Shown: positions 14,635 to 31,097, counted from the first letter of the stretch. The stretch is DNA of 64,000 nt from the human T2T-CHM13v2.0 reference genome, Homo sapiens (GCF_009914755.1 NC_060925.1), one strand, 5' to 3'. A program made the numbers and translations. The notes: generated by a model from the sequence alone, not told the origin.

Positions 14635-15339
14635 CCTGCGAGCACACCTGTACATTCCCTCTCATCCTAAATCTTCCAAAGGGACATCCTGAAGATGACA
14701 CAGTTTAAAAAGGGACCCCATTTTGCAAGACAGAATGTGTGACAATGAGCTAGTTATAGAACCTCTGTAAGTCCAGTGTCCTCACCTGTAAATAGGGAAT
14801 AATGGTATCCATCTTTACAGTATTGTTGTAATGAGTCATTAAGGTTAGTAAGGAATCTAAATATCAGGATCCAATTTCTGATCCCCAGCAAACATATGAG
14901 CCACCGGATCACAGTGCCCACTTGGTGGAGTTTATGTACTGACCTGACACCATTCTTGGTTACCTGGTTCAGTGGTGGAAGCCATGACCTGGTCAGCCTA
15001 GAGACCAGCTAATCTAATGTGCATCTGTATTCTATTAAATTTACTTTCCTAAGTATGTTATTTCAGTGGGGGAGGAAGCTTTGAGTGCCTACTATGTGCT
15101 GGGCAATTTTCTAGGTGCTCTATGTAAATGATCCTATTGAATCCTTCTCATAGTCTTGTGACAGGTATTACCAAAGCAAGGATTTGCATCCCCTAAGAAA
15201 TAGTTACCTGAGTGTCCTGAACACAGAGCGGTAGAGTGAAACAAAACTGACATTTTAAGAATCCAAATTGAAGAGATCACAAAGCTGAATGCCGGCAAGA
15301 CCAAACTCCCTCTCTCATGCCCACTGACTCTTCAACTCA

Positions 15340-16465
15340 TTACAAGACATTGTCTTGGTAGCCATTTCATGAAGTTGGTCACACCCTTCTTCTTGCAGCT
15401 CCCTCTTTTCTGGCTTCAGCTCTTTTCTTGTTCTCTTTCCACCTCAATCTCCGTAGTCTCCACGGGGCTGCTGTTTCTCTGACTGCCTCTTAAGCATTAG
15501 CTTTCCCTTAGGGTTTGTCCTCAGCTCTTTTCTCTCTTCATGTTGAGTGCTTACCTTGAGAGAGCTTTTCCCTTCCAATGCCATAGGTCACTGCCAACTC
15601 CCAGATCAGTTCCCAGTGCTTCAGACTAAACAGTCAATTACCAGTTACCTCCCAGAATTTCCTCTTGGTGTCCCTGGCAGGCACATCCAATTCTGCATGT
15701 TCAGAATTGAACTCACCATCTCTCTTCTTAACCTGCTCCTTCTCCTTTACTCCTGGCTTGACGAATGACATCACCATCAAGCTAGCCTCCCAAGCTGGAG
15801 CTGAGAGTTAGTCGAGTCCCCTCTCCACTAACAGTGGAGACCCCTCTATTTCCTTTATCCTCCACACCCAATCTGCACCAAGTCCTGCTGACCTTCTTTC
15901 CTTCGCATCTGTTCCCCTTTGCGGTTCCCTCATCTTGATCCTAATTTTGGCCCTCGTTTTTAAACTTGGCATCTGTTTTGCTTCCCTGCAGTTCAGCTGC
16001 TGCTCCCTTTACCAGAGTGATCCTTTTATAAATCTGCAAAATTGATTGATGCCTCTGTGGCTTCCTGTCATCTTTATAATGAAGGCCAAGCTCTCCATGA
16101 TCTCCCCCTATCCGCCCCTCTCCAGCTTCCTTTCTGGCCATGACCCCCACCTTCTCTTTCTCCAGGTGGGGACAGAACATCTCCAATTTGTGCTAATGCC
16201 CATCCCCCACTTGTCTGTCCAGCAAACATCTCCTCAGCATGAGGGTCTGCTCTCTTGGGAAGACCTTCCTGGCCCATCCACCCCTTCTGCCTTTGCAAGC
16301 CTGCATCCTTGGCACCCACGCCTCCCCGACTCGTCCTACCCCCTCAGTCTGGCCATAAACTTCTTGGGAGTGGTGATCATGCCTACTCACATGTTCCCCT
16401 GGTGTTTATCATAGTGTTAGCACATAGTGGGAATTCAACCAATGCTTGTTGACCAAATGACTGAA
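15340..16465 (+). mobile_element. L2 (long 3' portion)
   Basis: Pyrimidine-rich L2 body (caggcacatccaattctgcatgttcagaattgaactc) ending cacatagtgggaattcaaccaatgcttgttgaccaaatga. Confidence 0.8.
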
Positions 16466-16541
16466 GCAGGGTAACGGAAAATTCAAGTCCATGCTGATCT
16501 ATTAATACCTGGACCTGAGGGGTGGTGAGCGCTCGTTCCCC

Positions 16542-16555
16542 CCGCTAGAGGGCAC
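16542..16555 (+). promoter_or_regulatory. Candidate CTCF-binding site
   Basis: CCGCTAGAGGGCAC is a close match to the CTCF core motif and sits in a locally CpG-retaining stretch. Confidence 0.7.
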
Positions 16556-17409
16556 TCTGGTCGTGTGCTTCACTGGAGGCCGCGAGCAGTGTGGCTCCAC
16601 TTGGGAGCCTTGTGAAACCAGTTACGCTCCCGTTGCTGGCAGCTTGAGCCAAGCAGCACAGACGCACTTACGGCTCAGGCCAGTCTCCTTACCAGGCGCC
16701 ATCATTCTCTTCACATGGACCCTTTGTTTCTCTCATTGCCTTCCCCTCACCTCACCTCACCTCATGCTCCCCCTGGAGGTACACAACCTTCACCTATGGC
16801 ACATTCAGAACTTTCCCTACTTCCTTTAGCGGTAGCCAATAATATCTGAAATAACTTCAGCTAAGACCCTAATTAATGCCCATTCCTGAGGGTGTCTTCC
16901 TCCTGTTGGGTTAGTTGCGACTTACCAATTGCTTTTAATGCCTTTGAGTGACATGGGACAGTGATGTGTCCTGGTGGTGGGGATATTTTTGATGGGAAGG
17001 ATGGGGTTTCCCTAGAGCCCCTCAAGCCACCCCACACAGTGGCCTTCCTAGGAGTGCTCGGCCCCGCCTGTCGTGCCAAGGGCCCGCGTCCATCGGCGTT
17101 CCACTCACAACATGCCTACCTATGGGAGTGTGGTGGGCCCTCGGGAAGTTAGTGTCCAGTTTTGAACAGAGTTGTACTTTTTATTTTTATTTTTTAAGAA
17201 AATGTGGTAAAAGTAATGCATTATTCAGCTTCATTCATAAAGCTTCTTTTTCATGGAGTTCCACAGTCTTATGTGTTGTGAAACCACACTTGAATTATTG
17301 TGGATAATTACTATTATCCACAATAATTGTGCATCTCTTTTTAAATACTGTGGGAATTACTCAAGGGTGATATCAAAAGGAATGGCACATCGGAGTGCTG
17401 GGGCTCTGG

Positions 17410-18140
17410 GAGCTGTGCCATTGGAGGGTCAGTTGAAGAAATGGGGATGGTGTAGACTGGAGAAGAAAAGACGTTAGAGAAGTATGACAGCTTCCTGACA
17501 TGCAGATGCTTCTATTTCCATCAACATGTTATAAAGAATTAAAAAAATAAGTGTTGTCAATATTCAAGAAGCTCCTGGGATCCCTTTTGTAGAGCAGAAT
17601 CTGGGGAGTGGGGTAAGACAGGAAACAACAGAAAATTAAAAAGCAAGAGAGGCTGAGAGTATCCACCATCATTAGTTGTGCAGGATGGGGGTGGGGGCCT
17701 CGTGGAGAAAGGCTGCAGCCTGCTTGCGGGCTTGGTTGGGAATAGTCAGAAGAGGGAGAGTTTTGGGAGCCTCTACACCGAGTAGGAGATCCAAAGAGAA
17801 ATATGAGGAAAAAGGATTGTAAGAGGATGATTGTTTTTTAGTAATTTTTGAGAACTCCCAGCATGTTTTGAATTGCATTTTCACCTACTCTAGGTTGTTA
17901 GACTCTTATTTGAATGAGATTTTATTGAGACAGGAATACATGGAATGCTGGGATTACCTCGGTTAAATGAGGAAGCATTTTTCTAATAACCAGTCAAGAG
18001 CAGGCCAGGCTTCCTCACCAGGATGAGTTGAGACCTACTGAGTTTGGATGAGCACCTGTAAGGAATGTAGGGGTGTTCTGCCCTGGGTGGAAGGCTGTGA
18101 TGGCTTCTAGGATCCCTTTCAATTCTGAGGTTCTATGACT
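17410..18140 (+). mobile_element. L3/CR1 3' fragments
   Basis: agttgaagaaatggggatggtgtagactggagaagaaaagac and terminal gatccctttcaattctgaggttctatga match CR1/L3 3' hallmarks. Confidence 0.65.
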
Positions 18141-18399
18141 TCATGAAAACAAGACATTGCTGGACAAGTTTGAGTGGCCCACCTTCCTACCTGCCTATCC
18201 CACAGTCTGAAGTGGCATTTATGAAAAGCTGGGAACACAGAAGGAGACAATGGGTCTCCAGCCTACGGTGAACAGTTCTTTTCTGGCAGCTAATTTAGCT
18301 CTAGAAGTTTCCAGTTCCCACCAAAACATTGAGAGATCATCCTGTAGTTTGGGGCACACAATCAGAACAGTTAAATAAAAATGCAAGTGGTTAGTTTTA

Positions 18400-18985
18400 C
18401 ATCTGCTGGGGACATTCCATGGCCAGCTACATAGAAGTCTAGGCATTCTATGTCTCCAGCCCTAGGAGCTGGGGATACAAGTGTCACTGAGACATAGCTC
18501 TTATTCTTGAGGCATTCATCATCTGTGGAAGAGAGAGCCATGGAAACCAGTGATTACAATCCAGTGTCCCAGCATAGATAGAAATATGCATAAGGAGGGG
18601 GACATGGGAGGGGAGGACAGCTTTGCTGCAGAGGCTGTTCTTGAGCAAGTTTGAAAGAGTAAATGTGGTCTACCAATGAGGCTTACCAAGAGCAAGGCTA
18701 TGGAAAAGGCATTCCAGGCAGACAAAGCACCATGGGCTTAGGAGCAGATATGTGAGGCCAAATAATGTATTAGGGGAGTTGAGGCCAGGGAGGGGTGGTC
18801 TGGCTGGATCCTGAAGGTCTAGTTATGAAGTTGTATGACATGAGACTGCAGAGCTGTGAAGGGCTTTGTCTTCCATGCTAAGGAGTGTCAGCTTTATCCT
18901 ACAGAGGTTTTGGATTCCTGAAGCATTTTAATCCTACCCCTTTGTGGCGAGCAAATAGAGGATGGATTGGAGGGGTGTGAATGAG
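18400..18985 (-). mobile_element. L2 fragment
   Basis: aaggcattccaggcaga...ccatgctaaggagtgtcagctttatcct motifs. Confidence 0.7.
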
Positions 18986-19149
18986 TGTGTACACATGTAA
19001 ACGCACATTTATGGTTGTGCATGGTCCAGATAAGGGCTCAGGGGCATGGGGAAACTTCCCAAGCAGAGAGCTTCACAATCTGTTTCTAAACCAAGCTTCT
19101 ATCCCCAAATTGTTTCACTTTATTCTTGTGGAATAATAAAAAAAGTCAT

Positions 19150-19755
19150 TTAGCTCAATTATCTCATTTGACAGAGTTGGAAATTGAGGCCCCAAGAGGG
19201 ACAGTTCCTTGCCCAAGGCTACATAGCTAGGGATTGGCAGATCCCATGGATTGTTGGCTCTTGATCCAGTGCTTTCTTTATGATGTCATTCTGTTTTCTG
19301 AAATTCTCTGATACCCATAGGACAATGTTCTAGCTCTGGAGAATGGCTGATAAGGCTTTGGCAATCTGGGCACAACTGTCTTTCTTCCCCATTAGGTCCC
19401 CAGCACATAGTATGCCTGGGGACATCTCTATGCCTCACTTTAAAAATCTCCTGATTCTACTCTTCCTGAAGAACTCCTACTTCCTCTTTAAGGTCCAGGG
19501 CAAATGTCACCGCTCATCTGAAGCAGTCCCTTAGCTCAGTGACTCCTCTGGGCAAAACAAATCATGTATCCTCCGTGTTTGTAAAGCACCCAATATGGCA
19601 GGTTTATTAGCTTCCTGCTCCATGAGTCTGCAGGCTCCTTGAAGAAAGGCATCATTTCTATCTGCTTCCTGGTTGTAGCTCCAGTGCCTAGCATGGTACC
19701 TGGCACATACTAGATGTCCACAAAATGTTTGTTGAATGACTAAATTAATGAATGT
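19150..19755. mobile_element. MIR (minus, ~19150-19290) followed by L2 3' end (plus, ~19300-19755)
   Basis: ggaaattgaggccccaagag MIR core; ccagtgcctagcatggtacctggcacatactag...gttgaatgac L2 tail. Confidence 0.75.
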
Positions 19756-20834
19756 ATCAATTAAAAGTCTCACCTCAAATCCCTTCATATGGGTCTATTG
19801 TGAGGTCCTTGGGGCTCTAACTGAGTCCATGATTTTCTTATTTTAAAAATCATGAAGTGGCCGATGCTGGTGTTCTCAGTAGAAACATGTTAGAGCTGGA
19901 AAACTTTCTATGCATTTCTTTTCTCTAAAGCAAAGTGAAGGTGGGGACTCTGGGCTCATTGCTCCTTTGTAATTCCTCTGTATTATACTGAACTGAGGAA
20001 GTTAATTTTCCCTGAATACTTTCGGCACTGTAGAATTTGTTTTTTCTCATGACTAACTTAAAGCTATTCTTACAGTTTAGATTTGTTTTGGGTCTTTAGG
20101 GGAAAAATTCTCTTGCTTTTTTTTTTTTTTAAATTTCTTCCTTATCCTTCTCAAATTCCATGCTTGCTTAGTCTTGTTTAAACAATTAGATTCACTTTAA
20201 GAAAGCTAAAATTAGAGCCACTATGGGGCAGCACTCCTGCCCAGCCAGCCATCTTTTCCTCTCCAGAAGAGCCTTTTTAATCTGAGTCCTTTTGCCAACT
20301 GATAAACACCTCATGAGCAGCACCCAGGCCGCGTCTTTCCAAGAGTTAGCTGTTTCTGGATGGAGATGACTTGTTCTTTGTTTAAGGGAGAGCCATTTAC
20401 AATTTTTTTTTTTCATTGGATTGAAACTCCTGGGCCTGGTGCAGGCAAAGCTGAGAGAGGATGACCGTGGGGCCTAGGTGGATGCCATGTGTGAGCAGAA
20501 GACCTGCTTGGGTTGTAGATATGTGGACACCTCCCTCCCTCGCCAGCTTCATTTTTGCCCGAGCCTCAGCTTCCTGTCAGCTGGTGGTTGTGGGCAGGAG
20601 GTTACACATGGCACTGAAGCCCTGGAGCCCAGTGGTATCAAGTGGGAACAGAGGTGTCTTCCTAGAGCTCAGGGAAGTCTGAGGACGGTTTATGTGGAGT
20701 AACAGCCATCTGGGAAGCTGAATTCAGAAAGTGATTGCAGGGAATGGAAAGGAGTGGTATTTTTGGATCACCTTGCAAGCTTGAGGAATTGGGCTGGACA
20801 TGTTCAAAACGTATTTTCATTTAGTCCTTGTGAT

Positions 20835-21010
20835 AATGATCACTACCATTTGCTGAGCACTTAGCTTACACCAGGCAAATTACACACATGATTACATTCT
20901 GTCCTCAAAATGTTCCCCAGGGAGGACCTGATATTATTTCCATTTTACAGAATTGGAAACTGAAGCTTGGAGAAACTGGGTTTAAAGAACTTGCCCAAGG
21001 GTGGGAACCA
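20835..21010 (-). mobile_element. MIR
   Basis: ccattttacagaattggaaactgaagc...acttgcccaagg. Confidence 0.75.
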
Positions 21011-24000
21011 GACTAAGCTCAACATCCTGTGCCCTCCACCAAGTCTACCCAGGCAGGGGGCTGAGGTCTTGAAAGTCAAGAGGGATTTTCAGAATACCAT
21101 AAAATATGACCTATTGATTTTCCTCAAATGAGCAAAGAACAATTTCCCTAGCAAACAAATGATTATATTCTGTGCACACATTATTAAACCACAAGCAGCC
21201 TGGGGCCACAAAAAAGCCAGGTGTTGAAGGACAAATGCACATTGGTTTCTGAGTTTTTTTCATTAATAGTTTCTACTCATTCATTGTTTTGTCTTATGCT
21301 AGTTCTGGCTAACAGGCGAGTGGTAACAGGCACTGAGGGTGGAACAAAAATTGAAAAAAGTCTATATGTTCAATTTTTTTTTAGTGCATCAGGAAAGCTG
21401 ATAATATTTAAGCAGTGTACCCCCCAGGCGTGCTTCCAGAACTCCACCGTTATTGATTCTGAGCAATACTGAGCGTGAATGTTGAAAGCAGGTGTTTGCG
21501 GGGGAAGGCTTGTTCCAAAGAATGATCTTTCTTCTGAGGTCTGACGATGCTGCACACCATTTTATGGGCAGATAATTTATCTCCTGTGTCCTTTTGCTTG
21601 AGGTTATTACCAAATTTGAAATGCTCAAGGACACTCTTGGGCCTATGAATGTGGCCTGAGTGTGCTAGAATAGGGGTGGAGGTGGAAAGGTGCTATTTCC
21701 CTGGAATTTTAGAAACGGTTTGGGATAATGCCTTAAGTGGACCACTGCACTCCCAGAAATTACCTAGTTAATCATCTTCTTCTTGGGAAGTTCTCCAACA
21801 GGAAGACTCACAGACCATCATTTTCTCTAACTTGCAAACATTCTCCCTGGGGGAGAACAAGAGCACTCTGGTGTGTCTTCCTGTCATCATTCCTCACAAG
21901 GGCTTTGAAGGTGTGAGCACTGCAGATTCCCACAGTGTTCGGAAGGATAGGGCTCTCTCTGCTTTACTGCTGTTATTATGCACAAGATCAGCTCTGTTGA
22001 CAAAATCTCATGTGGACCTCCTGTTACTCCCTTCCTTTGGATGGTAAGGGTGGGTGCATGCGTTGGGTGGAGGAATGATACCAAAGCTACAGCAATGCCA
22101 GTGCATTTCTCCAAATCATCTCTATTAAGTCTCTGGAGTGAACAGGGACTGGGCCCCAGATGATAAGGCACTAATGAAATGATTGTGCTGTACTTTGCAC
22201 TTGTGTAAAAGAACAGATGTTAAATAACAACAATAATAATAGTAATATGATTTTGGTTTGGAGCTGAGGCCTCAGAATTTCAGAGATGGAATGCATATGG
22301 AATACATTCATAGCTCTGTATAATACTCTACAAACTGATTGGGTTCAGATGAGAAACATTTGTCAGCGAAGTTCCCATTACTGGTTGGGGTGGGGTCTGA
22401 TTTGGGCTTTTACTGGAGGGGCTGCCTTAGGAGACAAGATGCTATTGTTAGCTGTGACAGTGGGAAATGTACTGCAGGCAATTCTCTTTATCTTCACATA
22501 TGTTCTAAGCCAAGGAATTGTTGAAGTGGTTTGTTTCAGTCTGCTATACAGAAGGTGTGATGGATCAAATAGGAAATTCTTAGTAGGAGATCTGCTCAAG
22601 TTGCATATAGGTAATGAGAATTTTAGATTTCAAGTTCAACCCCATAAGGCCCCCGCTATTCTCTTGCCAGTAATGGGATATTGACTTTGGTGAAGTTATT
22701 GCAGGTTTGGGTAATCTAAAAGACCATATGTGATGAGTTCCAACATACTGATGGTTGGTTGTGGTAAATTGTGGTGGTGTTTGGGTGCAGTATACATAAT
22801 AACAAAGCCTCTGTCATTCTAGTGTCTGGGCTGGGCACCACTTTCATGATAAGGTAAACCACCATGTGACTACATGTTTGCTCTGGGAAAGAGAAAGTTG
22901 AAGGTTTCCCCAGAGGGCTCTGTCCCTGGAGTTTCCCGGTCCTCTGTGGTTTGGCTTCCCCACTTGGGTGGTCTTAGTGATCTGCTGTTTTTATCCAGTT
23001 TCCTTGCTTCTATTTTAATCATCATCACTACCAGTCATTGTTGTATGTTCCAGTGGAAATTTTACAAATATTTGAAAATGAAATTGAGTTAGAGGTTTAT
23101 CAAATAGAGATGTTTGCTACAGTTAGGGAGTATTTTAACATACGCATAAAATTACAAAGTCAAAGTCTATTTTAAGCAGGTTTATCCTTTGTGACATGAA
23201 TTGGGTTTTCAAGTTTTGTTTTATAAAACTCAGCTTTTGCAGAACTTCTCGGGGGTATGGGTAGATAAGAGACCTTCAAAGAGTCTGGAGGAGAAGGGTG
23301 CTGGGAGCTGGAGCCAGTGGGGTGCTGTTGAGGAAGAAGTCAACAATGGGAAAATGGACAATTAACAGACGTTAGACATTCAGATGGATGATGTAACAAC
23401 CACCATTATTGTAAAAAAAAATCATCATTGATATGATCTTTTATCTAGAAAAACCTAAGTACTCCACCAAAAAACTCTTACATTTGGTAAATGAATTCAG
23501 TAAAGTTTCAGTATACAAAATCAATGTATAAAAATCAGTGGTGTTTTTATACACCAACAGTGATTTGGTTGAGAACCAAATCAAGAAGGCAATTACAGAA
23601 GCTACACATACACAGAAACCCTAAGAATATATTTAACCAAGGAGGTGAAAAGATCTCTACAAGGAAAACTACAAAACCCTGAAATTATGTTGACATAAAC
23701 AAATGGAAAAACATCCCATGCTTATGGATCAGAAGAATTAATATTGTTAAAATGACCATACTACCCAAAGCAATAAACAGATTCAATGCATTCCCTATCA
23801 AAATACCATGCCATTTTTCACAGAATTAGTAAAAAGAATCCTAAAATTCATATGGAACAACAACAACAACAAAAAAAACAGCTCAAATAGCCACAGCAAT
23901 CTTTAAGCAAAAAGAACAAAGCTGGAGGCATCACATTTTCTGACTTCAAATTGTACTACAAGGCTATAGTAACCAAAACAGCATGGTGCTGGTATAAAAA

Positions 24001-24996
24001 TAGACAAATCAATCAATAGAAAAGACTAGAATACCCAGAAATAAATTTGCATATTTACAGCCAACTGATCTTTGACTAAGTTGATATGAACATACACTGG
24101 AGAAAGGACACCCTTTTCAACTAATGTGCTGGGAAGGTGGACTTGCCATATACAAAAGAATGAAACTGGATCTCTATCTCTCGCCATGTACAAAAATCAA
24201 CTCAAGATGGATAAAAGACTTAAATGTGAAACCTGAAATCATAAAAGTAAAAGAAGAAAACCTGAGGAAAACTCTTCTGGACATTGGTCTAGGCAAAGAA
24301 TTCATGACTAAAACCTCAAAAACACAGGCAATAAAAACAAAAATAGACAAATTAGACTTAATTAAACTAAAAAGCTTCTACACAGCAAAAGAAATAATCA
24401 ACAGAGTCGACAACCTGTGGAGCAGGATAAAATATTTGCAAACTATGCATTCTATACATCTGACAGGAGACTAATATCCAGAATTGACAAGGAACTCAAA
24501 CAACTCAGTGACAACAGAACCCCCAATAATCCCGTTAAAAAGTGATCAAAGAACATCAGTGGACATTTTTCAAAAGAAGACATATAAATGGCCAACAGAC
24601 ATATGAAAAAATGCTCAACATCATAAATCATCAGAGAAATGCCAATTAATACCCCAATGAGATATCATATTAGACCGGTTAGAATGGCTATTATCGAACA
24701 GACAAAAAAATAACAGATGATGGCAAGGATGTGGAGAAAAGGGAGCTCTTATACATTGTTCATGGGAATGTAAATTAGTACAACCTATATGGGAAATAGT
24801 ATGGAGATTTTTGAAAGCACTAAAAATAGAGCTACCTTTGGATCCAGTAATCCCACTTCTGTCTATCTACTCAAAGGGAAGAAATTATTATATGAAAATA
24901 TACCTGCACCCATATGTTTATCACAGCACTATTCATAATAGCAAAGATGTGAAATCAACCTAAGTTTCTGTCAGCAGATGATTAAAGAAAATGTGG

Positions 24997-25009
24997 TATA
25001 TATATATAC

Positions 25010-25051
<42 letters not shown>
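24997..25051. repeat. (TA)n microsatellite with CA interruptions inside the L1PB
   Basis: Direct reading. Confidence 0.95.
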
Positions 25052-25287
25052 GCAGTAAAATACTACTCAGCCATAAAAAAGAATGAAATTATGTCTTTTG
25101 CAGCAGCATGGATAGACCTGGAGGCCATTATCTTAAGTGAAACAAGTCATACACAGAAAGACAAATATTACATGTTCTTGCTTATAAGTGGGAGCTAAAT
25201 AATGTGTATATCTGTACATAGAGTGTGGAACGATAAACAATGGAGACTCAGAGGGTAAGGGGGTGGGAAAGGAGGATGAGAAATTAC

Positions 25288-25734
25288 TTATGGAAGATGG
25301 CTGAATAGGAACAGCTCCAATCTACAGCTCCCAGCGTGAGCGACGCAGAAGACGGGTGATTTATGCATTTCCATCTGAGGTACAGGGTTCATCTCACTAG
25401 GGAGTGCCAGACAGTGGGCGCAGGTCAGTGGGTGCGTGCACCGTGCACGAGCCGAAGCAGGGTGAGACATTGCCTCACTTGGGAAGTGCAAGGGGTCAGG
25501 GAGTTCCCTTTCTGAGTCAAAGAAAGGGGTGATGGACAGGCACCTGGAAAATCGGGTCACTCCCACCCGAATACTGCGCTTCTCCGACGGGCTTAAAAAA
25601 CGGCGCACCACGAGATTATATCCGGCACCTGGCTCGGAGGGTGCTACGCCCACGGAGTCTCGCTGATTGCTAGCACAGCAGTCTGAGATCAAACTGCAAG
25701 GCGGCAGCGAGGCTGGGGGAGGGGCGCCCACCAT
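25288..25734 (-). CDS. L1 antisense ORF0, C-terminally extended variant (148 aa)
   Basis: MVGAPPPASLPPCSLISDCCASNQRDSVGV...RFSRC matches ORF0; ATG at 25734-25732 in context gcaATGG; open to a TAA in the TSD. Expression unknown. Confidence 0.55.
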   Translation of the reverse strand: MVGAPPPASLPPCSLISDCCASNQRDSVGVAPSEPGAGYNLVVRRFLSPSEKRSIRVGVTRFSRCLSITPFFDSERELPDPLHFPSEAMSHPASARARCTHPLTCAHCLALPSEMNPVPQMEMHKSPVFCVAHAGSCRLELFLFSHLP

Positions 25735-26192
25735 TGCCCAGGCTTGATTAGGTAAACAAAGCAGCTGGGAAGCTCGAACTGGGTGGAGCCCACCACAGCT
25801 CAAGGAGGCCTGCCTGCCTCTGTAGGCTCCACCTCTGGGGGCAGGGCACAGACAAACAAAAAGACAGCAGTAACCTCTGCAGACTTAAATGTCCCTGTCT
25901 GACAGCTTTGAAGAGAGCAGTGGTTCTCCCAGCACGCAGCTGGAGATCTGAGAACGGGCAGACTGCCTCCTCAAGTGGGTCCCTGACCCCTGACCCCCGG
26001 GCAGCCTAACTGGGAGGCACCCCCCACCAGGGGCACACTGCTGACACCTCGCACGGCAGGGTATTCCAACAGACCTGCAGCTGAGGGTCCTCTCTGTTAG
26101 AAGGAAAACTAACAAACAGAAAGGACATCCACACCAAAAACCCATCTGTACATCACCATCATCAAAGACCAAAAGTAGATAAAACCACAAAG
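25294..26192 (+). promoter_or_regulatory. L1 5'UTR internal sense promoter and antisense promoter
   Basis: Begins at the YY1 core aagatggc; CpG-rich; canonical L1PA 5'UTR sequence. Confidence 0.85.
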
Positions 26193-27209
26193 ATGGGGAA
26201 AAAACAGAACAGAAAAACTGGAAACTCTAAAAAGCAGAGTGCCTCTCCTCCTCCAAAGGAACGCAGTTCCTCACCAGCAACGGAACAAAGCTGGATGGAG
26301 AATGACTTTGATGAGCTGAGAGAAGGAGGCTTCAGACGATCAAATTACTCTGAGCTATGGGAGGACATTCAAACCAAAGGCAAAGAAGTTGAAAACTTTG
26401 AAAAAAATTTAGAAGAATGTATAACTAGAATAACCAATACAGAGAAGTGCTTAAAGGAGCTGATGGAGCTGAAAACCAAGGCTCGAGAACTACGTGAAGA
26501 ATGCAGAAGCCTCAGGAGCCGATGCGATCAACTGGAAGAAAGGGTGTCAGGGATGGAAGATGAAATGAATGAAATGAAGCGAGAAGGGAAGTTTAGAGAA
26601 AAAAGAATAAAAAGAAATGAGCAAAGCCTCCAAGAAATATGGGACTATGTGAAAAGACCAAATCTACATCTGATTGGTATACCTGAAAGTGATGGGGAGA
26701 ATGGAACCAAGTTGGAAAACACTCTGCAGGATATTATCCAGGAGAACTTCCCCAATCTAGCAAGGCAGGCTAACGTTCAGATTCAGGAAATACAGAGAAC
26801 GCCACAAAGATACTCCTCGAGAAGAGCAACTCCAAGACACATAATTGTCAGATTCACCAAAGTTGAAATGAAGGAAAAAATATTAAGGGCAGCCAGAGAG
26901 AAAGGTCGGGTTACCCTCAAAGGGAAGCCCATCAGACTAACAGCGGATCTCTCAGCAGAAACCCTACAAGCCAGAAGAGAGTGGGGGCCAATATTCAACA
27001 TTCTTAAAGAAAAGAATTTTCAACCCAGAATTTCATATCCAGCCAAACTAAGCTTCATAAGTGAAGGAGAAATAAAATCCTTTACAGACAAGCAAATGCT
27101 GAGAGATTTTGTCACCACCAGGCCTGCCCTAAAAGAGCTCCTGAAGGAAGCACTAAACATGGAAAGGAACAACCAGTACCAGCCACTGCAAAATCATGCC
27201 AAAATGTAA
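26193..27209 (+). CDS. LINE-1 ORF1p (RNA-binding nucleic-acid chaperone), intact 338 aa
   Basis: Full-length MGKKQNRKTGNSK...QNHAKM; REKG, ARR and YPAKLS motifs intact. Confidence 0.93.
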   Translation: MGKKQNRKTGNSKKQSASPPPKERSSSPATEQSWMENDFDELREGGFRRSNYSELWEDIQTKGKEVENFEKNLEECITRITNTEKCLKELMELKTKARELREECRSLRSRCDQLEERVSGMEDEMNEMKREGKFREKRIKRNEQSLQEIWDYVKRPNLHLIGIPESDGENGTKLENTLQDIIQENFPNLARQANVQIQEIQRTPQRYSSRRATPRHIIVRFTKVEMKEKILRAAREKGRVTLKGKPIRLTADLSAETLQARREWGPIFNILKEKNFQPRISYPAKLSFISEGEIKSFTDKQMLRDFVTTRPALKELLKEALNMERNNQYQPLQNHAKM

Positions 27210-27272
27210 AGACCATTGAGACTAGGAAGAAACTGCATCAACTAACGAGCAAAATAACCAGCTAATATCATA

Positions 27273-31097
<3,825 letters not shown>

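Noticed and set aside
22286-22684. 132-aa ORF with membrane-like segments
   Set aside because: No recognisable family, it appears to overlap a decayed MIR, and there is no supporting gene context.
26020-26040. CTCF-like ccaccaggggcac in the L1 5'UTR
   Set aside because: One G short of the core spacing, so a poor match.
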